Of a DNA stretch of 31,116 nucleotides, positions 1 to 6,657 are shown piece after piece. A program made the position numbers and the translations under genes. The notes beneath the pieces are model-generated. The model made no database searches and was not told the DNA's origin. It saw only the letters and a program-made list of their open reading frames with translations. Position 1 is the stretch's first letter. Every line of letters starts with the position of its first letter. The stretch is taken from positions 1 to 31,116 of the forward strand of contig JAFNVK010000129.1 in NCBI GenBank assembly GCA_017379815.1. Reading direction: 5' to 3'. Origin of the DNA: Clostridia bacterium. GTDB lineage: Bacteria > Bacillota > Clostridia > Oscillospirales > CAG-272.

Positions 1-1323
1 GAAGGCAAATCCGAAAACAAGATGCTCCAGCGTATCTACGGTACGGCGTTCCCCACCAAGGACGCACTGAACGCCCACCTGACGAAAATCGAAGAAGCCC
101 GCGGCCGCGACCACAACAAGCTGGGACGCGAGCTGGAGCTCTTCACCACCGTGGATTCCATCGGTCAGGGTCTGCCCGTTATGCTGCCCAAGGGCGCACG
201 CGTCATTCAGCTGCTCCAGAGATGGGTAGAGGATGAGGAGCAAAAGAGAGGCTACCTCCTGACCAAGACCCCCTTGATGGCAAAGCGTGACCTTTACAAG
301 ATCTCGGGTCACTGGGATCACTATCTGGACGGCATGTTCATTCTGGGCGACCCCCACGACGAGACCAAGGAGTGCTTTGCTCTCCGTCCCATGACCTGCC
401 CCTTCCAGTATCAGGTCTTCCTCAATAAGAAGCGTTCCTACCGCGACCTGCCCATGCGTCTTGGCGAGACCTCCACGCTCTTCCGCAACGAGGATTCGGG
501 CGAGATGCACGGCCTTATCCGCGTGCGTCAGTTCACCATCTCCGAGGGACACCTCATTCTCCGTCCCGAGCAGCTGGCTGAGGAGTTCAAGGGCTGCCTG
601 GATCTGGCCATGTATATGCTGGATACGCTGGGCCTGAAGGAGGATTGCTCCTTCCGCTTCTCCCAGTGGGATCCCAAGAGAACCGACAAGTACGAGGGCA
701 CTCCCGAGCAGTGGGAGGAGGCGCAGGGCATCATGAAGACCCTCTTGGACGAGAACAACGTCAACTATACCGTCGGCATCGACGAGGCGGCCTTCTACGG
801 ACCGAAGCTTGACATTCAGATCAAGAACGTCTTTGGCAAGGAGGACACGCTGATCACCATTCAGATCGACATGCTGCTGGCCAAGAAGTTTGGCATGGAG
901 TACGTGGATTCGGGCAACCAGCTCGTCACGCCTTATATCATTCACCGCACGTCCATGGGCTGCTACGAGCGCACGCTTGCGCTCCTGATCGAGAAGTATG
1001 CCGGCGCATTCCCGCTCTGGCTTGCTCCCGAGCAGGTTCGCGTTCTGCCCATCGGCGACGAGCATATCGAGTATGCCAAGAGCGTTACGGAGCGTCTTTC
1101 TGCCGCAGGCCTGCGTGCAGAGCTGGACGATTCCTCCAACACCATCGGCTACAAGATCCGTGCAACCCAGATGCAGAAGGTGCCCTATATGCTGGTCATC
1201 GGCGGCAAGGAGATGGAGACGGGAACCGTCGCCGTCCGCAACCGCGCGGCAGAAACGGTCACCAAGAGCGTGGACGAGTTCCTCGCCGACGCCCTGCTTG
1301 AGGTGGCAGAGAAGAGAAGATAA
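1..1323 (+). CDS. thrS: Threonyl-tRNA synthetase, 5'-truncated (catalytic and anticodon-binding domains)
   Basis: Open frame from base 1 (EGKSENKMLQRIYGTAF). ThrRS motifs RDHNKLG, SGHWDHY, RPMTCP, LIRVRQF, AAFYGPK, IIHR and KVPYMLVIG. Confidence 0.97.
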   Translation, partial: EGKSENKMLQRIYGTAFPTKDALNAHLTKIEEARGRDHNKLGRELELFTTVDSIGQGLPVMLPKGARVIQLLQRWVEDEEQKRGYLLTKTPLMAKRDLYKISGHWDHYLDGMFILGDPHDETKECFALRPMTCPFQYQVFLNKKRSYRDLPMRLGETSTLFRNEDSGEMHGLIRVRQFTISEGHLILRPEQLAEEFKGCLDLAMYMLDTLGLKEDCSFRFSQWDPKRTDKYEGTPEQWEEAQGIMKTLLDENNVNYTVGIDEAAFYGPKLDIQIKNVFGKEDTLITIQIDMLLAKKFGMEYVDSGNQLVTPYIIHRTSMGCYERTLALLIEKYAGAFPLWLAPEQVRVLPIGDEHIEYAKSVTERLSAAGLRAELDDSSNTIGYKIRATQMQKVPYMLVIGGKEMETGTVAVRNRAAETVTKSVDEFLADALLEVAEKRR

Positions 1324-1330
1324 GACTTTT

Positions 1331-1364
1331 GGGACCGTGCCCATCGGCACGGTCCCATCTTTTT
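1331..1364 (+). terminator. Intrinsic terminator after thrS
   Basis: Perfect 11-bp stem gggaccgtgcc-catc-ggcacggtccc followed by atcttttt. Confidence 0.8.
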
Positions 1365-1415
1365 GATAAAAGGGCGGATCGTGTCGCTTTTTCTGCGGAA
1401 AAATCAAAATCGGCA

Positions 1416-1444
1416 TTGACAGAAAAAAGTTTAGACTGTATAAT
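1416..1444 (+). promoter_or_regulatory. Sigma-A promoter of the ACP-MBOAT operon
   Basis: TTGACA (1416-1421), 17-nt spacer, TATAAT (1439-1444): perfect consensus. Confidence 0.9.
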
Positions 1445-1487
1445 ATTAGATAGACAAACACTCTTTCCCGTTTTGGAGGATAGGACC

Positions 1488-1715
1488 ATGGAACAGCTTT
1501 TGGAAATATTGAAGCAGCTGCATCCCGACGTGGATTTTGCCCTTGAGGAGGATCTGATCGGGGACGGCATTCTTGACTCGCTTGACATCGTAACGCTGAT
1601 CACTGAGATCAACTGCACCTTTGACGTCAGCATTCCCGCAGAGGAGATCATTCCCGAGAATTTTGCCTCGGCCGACGCGATCCTGGCTCTGATCGAGCGC
1701 CTCGACGAGGAATGA
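1488..1715 (+). CDS. Acyl carrier protein (DltC-like phosphopantetheine-binding protein), 75 aa
   Basis: RBS ggagga before ATG 1488; acidic small protein with GILDSLD (Ser31 as the 4'-phosphopantetheine site) and C-terminal IIPENFAS. The ORF track start at 1329 runs through the terminator and promoter. Confidence 0.9.
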   Translation: MEQLLEILKQLHPDVDFALEEDLIGDGILDSLDIVTLITEINCTFDVSIPAEEIIPENFASADAILALIERLDEE

Positions 1716-1728
1716 GAGCGGCGGGATC

Positions 1729-3321
1729 ATGAGCTTTACGTCCGCTTCCTTTCTCCTTTTTGCCGTTCTGACGCTCCTTCTGTACTACACGCTCCCCAAG
1801 CGTTGGCAGTGGATCCTGCTTCTCGGCGCGAGCTACGTGTTCTATTTCTTTGCCGGGGCAGAGTATCTGCTCTTTATCCTCTTTACCACGGCGGTGACCT
1901 ATCTTTGCGGCGCTCTTCTGCAGAAGCGCGCGGATGCGGAGGATGCCTTCGTCGAAGAGAATCGGGAGACGCTGAGTAAGGCGGAGCGCAAGGAATTCCG
2001 CGCCGCCGAAAAGAAGAAGCGCTTTCGCCTTCTCGTCGCGGGGCTTCTTTTGGGCTTTGGCGTTCTGGCGGTGGTCAAGTACACCTCCTTCGTCCTCTCG
2101 GGCGTTTCCTCGATCGGACAGGCCTTCGGGGCGGCGCCTCTGCGCATTCCCACGCTGCTTTTGCCGCTTGGCATTTCCTTTTACACCTTCCAATCCATGG
2201 GATACCTCATCGACGTGTACCGCAAGACGGCAAGGGCAGAGAAGAACCCCTTAAGGCTTGCGCTCTTCGTCTCCTATTTTCCCCAGCTGATCCAAGGACC
2301 GATCAGCCGCTTTGGCGACCTTGCTCCGCAGCTCTTTTCGGAGCATCGTTTTGACGGCTTCCGCTTTCGATCGGGTCTTGGGAGCGTGGCGTGGGGCTAC
2401 TTCAAAAAGCTGGTCGTAGCCGATACCGCGATGATCGCGGTCAAGGCGCTTGTGGAGAACAAAGACGGCGGCTTTACGGGAATTTACGTCTTTTTGCTGA
2501 TCCTGTTGTATTCGGCGCAGATCTACGGCGATTTTACGGGAGGGATCGATATTACGATCGGTCTTTCCGAGATGCTGGGGATCCGCCTGGCGGAGAACTT
2601 CGATCGCCCGTTTTCCTCCCGATCCACGAAGGAATACTGGCGCCGCTGGCACATCACCATGGGCACGTGGTTTACCGATTACGTCTTCTATCCGCTCTCG
2701 GTCACGAGGAGTATGCAACGCTTTTCCAAGTGGTCGCGTGAAAAACTCGGCACGGCCGTGGGCAAGCGTCTGCCGGTCTATTTTGCTACGGTCGCGACCT
2801 GGTTCCTCACGGGGCTTTGGCACGGAGCGGGCTGGAATTTTATCGTCTGGGGATTGCTGAACTGCCTGGTGATCCTGGTCTCGCAGGAGCTGCAGCCTCT
2901 TTACGATCGCTTCAACCATCGTTTTCCACGCCTTACGGCAAGCCGCGCGTGGGGAGCGTGGCAGGCTCTGCGCACCTTTTTGCTCATGGGCCTGATCCGA
3001 AGTCTGGATTGCTACCGCAACGTGCCCACTACCTTCCGGATGTGGTGGAGCATGCTGACCGATTGGAATGTCGGCGAGCTTTTTTGCGGAGGGCTGACCT
3101 CCTTCGGGCTTGCTCTGTCCGACTGGTGCGTGCTGCTTTGCGGTATTCTCCTTTTGGCATTGGCCTCGCATCTTGGCAAGAAGCGCCCCGTGCGCGAGTG
3201 GCTTGCCGAGCGGCCGATCCTGCTTTGCGCCGCACTTTGCCTTTTGGCCGTCGTGATCCTGCTCTTCGGCGCGTACGGCATCGGCTACGATGCGTCGCAA
3301 TTCATCTACAACCAATTCTGA
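1729..3321 (+). CDS. MBOAT family O-acyltransferase (AlgI/DltB-like) with C-terminal FIYNQF motif
   Basis: Polytopic hydrophobic protein with LPLGISFYTFQSMGYLIDVY, YFPQLIQGPI, WRRWHITM and GLWHGAGWNFIVWG (catalytic His). Confidence 0.93.
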   Translation: MSFTSASFLLFAVLTLLLYYTLPKRWQWILLLGASYVFYFFAGAEYLLFILFTTAVTYLCGALLQKRADAEDAFVEENRETLSKAERKEFRAAEKKKRFRLLVAGLLLGFGVLAVVKYTSFVLSGVSSIGQAFGAAPLRIPTLLLPLGISFYTFQSMGYLIDVYRKTARAEKNPLRLALFVSYFPQLIQGPISRFGDLAPQLFSEHRFDGFRFRSGLGSVAWGYFKKLVVADTAMIAVKALVENKDGGFTGIYVFLLILLYSAQIYGDFTGGIDITIGLSEMLGIRLAENFDRPFSSRSTKEYWRRWHITMGTWFTDYVFYPLSVTRSMQRFSKWSREKLGTAVGKRLPVYFATVATWFLTGLWHGAGWNFIVWGLLNCLVILVSQELQPLYDRFNHRFPRLTASRAWGAWQALRTFLLMGLIRSLDCYRNVPTTFRMWWSMLTDWNVGELFCGGLTSFGLALSDWCVLLCGILLLALASHLGKKRPVREWLAERPILLCAALCLLAVVILLFGAYGIGYDASQFIYNQF

Positions 3322-3339
3322 CACCCGGAAAGGGAAATT

Positions 3340-4368
3340 ATGAAAAAGAAGATTCTTTGTTGCGCGGCCTTGCTCCTCGCTACGGTCCTTTTGCTTGGCT
3401 TTTTGCAGCTTCTGCTCATGCCGAAGTACATGGCCGACAAGCAGGAGGGCGCGCTGATCGGGGAATACTACCGCGAAACGACGGCGCACGACGTGCTCTT
3501 CGTGGGGGATTGCGAGGTCTACGAATGCTTTACACCTCCCACGCTTTGGGAGGAATACGGCGTCACCTCCTATATCCGCGGAAGCGCCCAGCAGCTCCCC
3601 TGGCAGTCCTACCATCTGCTTGAGGAGATGCTCAAAAGGGAAACGCCAAAGGCGGTGGTCTTTAACGTCTACGCCCTGAAATACGGCACGCCGCAGAACG
3701 AGGCCTACAACCGCATGACGCTGGACGGTATGCGCATGTCGCGGGAAAAGCTTTCGGCGATCCGCGCCTCCATGACCGAGGGGGAGAGCCTGCTCTCCTA
3801 TCTGCTTCCGCTCCTGCGCTTTCACAGCCGCTGGGACGAGCTCTCCGCGGAGGATTGGCAATACCTGCTCCATCGGGACACGGTCTCCCACAACGGCTAT
3901 CTGATGCAAACGGGGATCCTGCCCAAGACCTCGGACCGCGAGGGCGTTCCGCTGGCGGACTACACGCTTCCCGCAACGGCGATGTTCTATCTGGAGCAGA
4001 TGCGCCTGCTCTGCGAGGAGAATGGCGTTGCCCTGATCCTCATCAAGGCGCCCACCAACAACTGGCGCTATTATTGGTACGACGAATGGGATGCGCAGAT
4101 CGCGGATTACGCCGACGGGCATGGGCTTTCCTATTACAACTTTATCGGTCTGGACGGAGAGATCGGTCTTGACTGGAGCACCGACACCTACGACGGCGGC
4201 GCGCACCTGAACGTATACGGTGCGGAAAAGCTGACCTCCTATTTTGGCGAGATCCTTTGCCGCGAGCTTGGCCTTGCGGGGCACCGAGACGATGCGGAGA
4301 TCTCGGCCGTCTGGGCGGAGAAGCTCGACGCCTATAAGCAAGAAAAAGAGAAGGGAAATACACCGTGA
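3340..4368 (+). CDS. Membrane-anchored SGNH/GDSL-like (DltD/AlgJ-like) protein with Cys at the nucleophile position
   Basis: N-terminal K-rich and hydrophobic anchor; block I DVLFVGDCE; block V-like YDGGAHLNVYGA; lies directly after the MBOAT. Confidence 0.75.
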   Translation: MKKKILCCAALLLATVLLLGFLQLLLMPKYMADKQEGALIGEYYRETTAHDVLFVGDCEVYECFTPPTLWEEYGVTSYIRGSAQQLPWQSYHLLEEMLKRETPKAVVFNVYALKYGTPQNEAYNRMTLDGMRMSREKLSAIRASMTEGESLLSYLLPLLRFHSRWDELSAEDWQYLLHRDTVSHNGYLMQTGILPKTSDREGVPLADYTLPATAMFYLEQMRLLCEENGVALILIKAPTNNWRYYWYDEWDAQIADYADGHGLSYYNFIGLDGEIGLDWSTDTYDGGAHLNVYGAEKLTSYFGEILCRELGLAGHRDDAEISAVWAEKLDAYKQEKEKGNTP

Positions 4369-4844
4369 AAAAAACAGTTTGCCTTTTGTTATCCGTCCTC
4401 CTGGCACTCTCTCTTTGTGCCTGCGTTGACCCCGTGACAGACAAAAAGACCTATGCCGCAGCGGTCGAGGGCGTTCGCATCGCCGTGGACGATCCCGCAG
4501 AGCCCGTGCTTTCGGCGCTTGGCGCGTGGAGCAGCTATGATGAATCCCCCTCCTGCGCCTTTGAGGGTCTGGATAAGATCTACGGCTACGGAAGCTTTGA
4601 GATCCAGACCTACACCAAGGACGGCAAGGACTATATCCGCGCGGTCTATCTGATCGACGACGGATGCCGTACCCAAAGGGATATCGCTATCGGGGACACC
4701 GCCGAGGCCGTGAAGGAGGCCTACGGCACGCCCACCCGCGAGAGCGAGGGAAGCCTGCAATATGCGGGCGAGGGCATGACGCTCACCTTCCTGCTTCGCG
4801 ACGGGATCGTGACCAACATTCAATATCTCAAGGACGTGGCATAA
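4365..4844 (+). CDS. Lipoprotein of unknown function
   Basis: GTGA overlap with the upstream stop; signal peptide MKKTVCLLLSVLLALSLCAC with lipobox LCA-C (Cys20). Confidence 0.85.
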   Translation: MKKTVCLLLSVLLALSLCACVDPVTDKKTYAAAVEGVRIAVDDPAEPVLSALGAWSSYDESPSCAFEGLDKIYGYGSFEIQTYTKDGKDYIRAVYLIDDGCRTQRDIAIGDTAEAVKEAYGTPTRESEGSLQYAGEGMTLTFLLRDGIVTNIQYLKDVA

Positions 4845-4849
4845 CGCAA

Positions 4850-4890
4850 GCGCTCTTCCGGTACGGCGGTATCGGGAGAGCGCCTTTTCT
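4850..4890 (+). terminator. Intrinsic terminator of the ACP-MBOAT operon
   Basis: 15-bp stem gcgctcttccggtac/gtatcgggagagcgc (two G-U pairs), loop ggcg, followed by cttttct. Confidence 0.85.
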
Positions 4891-4954
4891 TTCCTGCGGA
4901 CAACGTATATTTCCATTTACCCACGAATAGAAAGGTAAAAAGGGGGGTGAGGGG

Positions 4955-5533
4955 ATGCAGACCGCGTCAAAAACGCTTCGACTGACGGTAAGGGAAGGCT
5001 ATCAGGTCCTGTTGCGTGCCGAGGCAGAGCTTCTTCTGCCGGTGAAGGAGGGGAGGATGCGGGACTTCTATCTCGCACTTGGCGAGACCTGTATGCACTG
5101 GGCGGAGGAGATCGAGGGGGAGCGATTGCGCCGTGCCTATGCGGAGCTTGGCACTCTGCGCGAGCGCTCCGGCTTTCGTGCGGGGCTTTATCGCTTGCGC
5201 ATGCGGATCCCGTGGGAGGAGGGGCGGCTCGTGGCCCTGCTTTGCGAATCCGAGCTGTACGGCGAAAGCCTTTCGCGGCGCGCGGGGCTGCACCGAACGG
5301 TGCAGATCTGGGATGCGGAGGAGGAGCTGATCCTTCCCATGGGGCAGGCACTTGCCCGTCTTGCCCCCTGGATGCAGAAAAGGATGCTCCCCTTTCACCC
5401 GGACGGCTTCTTTCCGCAAGGCGACGGACTGCTCCTCTTTCGCAATCCTTCCCACGGAGGGGAGTTTCTCGAAAAATGGATCGCCGGGCCCTCGGCGGAG
5501 GGGAAGAGGGAGGATCGCGGGAGACCTTCTTGA
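4955..5533 (+). CDS. Hypothetical protein, 192 aa
   Basis: Purine-rich RBS (ggtgagggg) before ATG; fills the gap between a terminator and the next promoter; no motif recognised with certainty. Confidence 0.6.
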   Translation: MQTASKTLRLTVREGYQVLLRAEAELLLPVKEGRMRDFYLALGETCMHWAEEIEGERLRRAYAELGTLRERSGFRAGLYRLRMRIPWEEGRLVALLCESELYGESLSRRAGLHRTVQIWDAEEELILPMGQALARLAPWMQKRMLPFHPDGFFPQGDGLLLFRNPSHGGEFLEKWIAGPSAEGKREDRGRPS

Positions 5534-5568
5534 AGTGTGAATAAATTGTAAATTCCAAAACCCCTTGC

Positions 5569-5597
5569 TTGACACTGCCCGGGAGCGCCGATATAAT
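5569..5597 (+). promoter_or_regulatory. Sigma-A promoter of the HAD gene
   Basis: TTGACA (5569-5574), 17 nt, TATAAT (5592-5597). Confidence 0.88.
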
Positions 5598-5658
5598 AAA
5601 GGCAATGAACGCGCGGGAGAGGGCGATGGCCCAATGCTCTGCAGAAAGGATGGCCGCT

Positions 5659-6417
5659 GTGATCAAGCTGATCGTTTCGGATTTTGACGGAACCGTTTTG
5701 CCCTATGGACAGAAGGCCGTCTCTGCCGCGTGGAGGAGCGCCGTTTCGTCCGCCATGGAGGAGGGCGTTCTTTTTGCGATCTCCTCGGGAAGAACCTACG
5801 GCGAGCTGCTCTCCTTCCTTCCCGAATTGCAGGATGCGGCGTATTTTATTTGCTGTGACGGTGCGTATACCGTCTTCCGCGGCCGTATTCTCTACGCCAG
5901 ACAGATCCCGTTTCCCGAGCTTGAGCGTTTGTTGAAGCAGGAGCACTCCTTTGTCGGTTGCGTCCTGCACGGCGCGTTTGCCAATTACGCCGTGGGGCGC
6001 GTGCCCGAGGCGGTGCTTTCGCATTTTGCGGCAAAGCCGATCACCAATCTGCATCTGATCCGCGAGCCGATCTTTAAGGTCACCTCCTTTGGCGGTGCCG
6101 AGGCGCCCGCGCTTCCCGTTGGGATCCGCATGCATTGGGATGGCGGCCGTGAGGCGATGGCGCAGTACGTCAGCCGCTTTGCCAACAAGGGAACGGCGCT
6201 TTCCGATCTCCAGATGCGCCTGCCCGTGACTCGTCTGCAGACGGCCTGCGTGGGGGATAGCGGAAACGACGTGGCCATGATGCACAATGCGGTCATTTCG
6301 ATCTGCGTGGGGGATCGCTCGGACGAGCTTGCCTCGGTCTGCAACGTGTCCTTGCGCTCTGCAGAGGAATCTCTCGAGCTGATCCGACGGGTCAACGAGG
6401 CCCTCCGAGCCGAATAA
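5659..6417 (+). CDS. Cof-like HAD-IIB family hydrolase (probable phosphatase)
   Basis: RBS agaaagga 8 nt before GTG 5659; motif I SDFDGT, motif II ISSGR, motif III NKG, motif IV GDSGND. Confidence 0.88.
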   Translation: MIKLIVSDFDGTVLPYGQKAVSAAWRSAVSSAMEEGVLFAISSGRTYGELLSFLPELQDAAYFICCDGAYTVFRGRILYARQIPFPELERLLKQEHSFVGCVLHGAFANYAVGRVPEAVLSHFAAKPITNLHLIREPIFKVTSFGGAEAPALPVGIRMHWDGGREAMAQYVSRFANKGTALSDLQMRLPVTRLQTACVGDSGNDVAMMHNAVISICVGDRSDELASVCNVSLRSAEESLELIRRVNEALRAE

Positions 6418-6424
6418 AAAACAC

Positions 6425-6462
6425 GGATGTCTGCCGCCAAAAACGGCAGGCGTCCTTTTTTT
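6425..6462 (+). terminator. Intrinsic terminator after the HAD gene
   Basis: ggatgtctgccg-ccaaaaa-cggcaggcgtcc followed by T7. Confidence 0.88.
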
Positions 6463-6504
6463 GTCGCCGATGCCAAAAAAACAACAAATTCGTCTGGTTT
6501 TGCG

Positions 6505-6529
6505 TCAAAAACCACACAAAACAACATTT
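6505..6529. promoter_or_regulatory. Candidate operator A (copy 1) upstream of the dehydratase promoter
   Basis: tcaaaaaccacacaaaacaacattt matches 10882-10906 at 23 of 25 positions. Confidence 0.6.
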
Positions 6530-6560
6530 CTTTGCGAAAAACATTGAAATAATCCCAAAA

Positions 6561-6575
6561 AAGTTTGTGGTTTCT
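6561..6575. promoter_or_regulatory. Candidate operator B (copy 1), abutting the -35 element
   Basis: Reverse complement agaaaccacaaactt matches 10916-10930 at 14 of 15 positions. Confidence 0.55.
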
Positions 6576-6576
6576 A

Positions 6577-6605
6577 TTGACAAATTGAAGGAGATGTTGT
6601 ATAAT
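6577..6605 (+). promoter_or_regulatory. Sigma-A promoter P1 of the BMC locus
   Basis: TTGACA (6577-6582), 17 nt, TATAAT (6600-6605). Confidence 0.9.
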
Positions 6606-6657
6606 CAAAGCAGATGCTGCAGAGGTCTGCGGCAAATTCAAAAAGGATGTGATAACC

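Noticed and set aside
1488-4844. Calling the operon canonical dltABCD
   Set aside because: There is no DltA or separate DltX, the gene order differs, the MBOAT is longer and AlgI-like, and the SGNH protein has GDCE rather than GSSE; D-alanine as substrate is unsupported.
4905-4932. Possible sporulation sigma-E/G promoter (GTATAT ... AATAGAAA)
   Set aside because: Only about half of the -10 consensus matches, which is too weak to call without TSS data.
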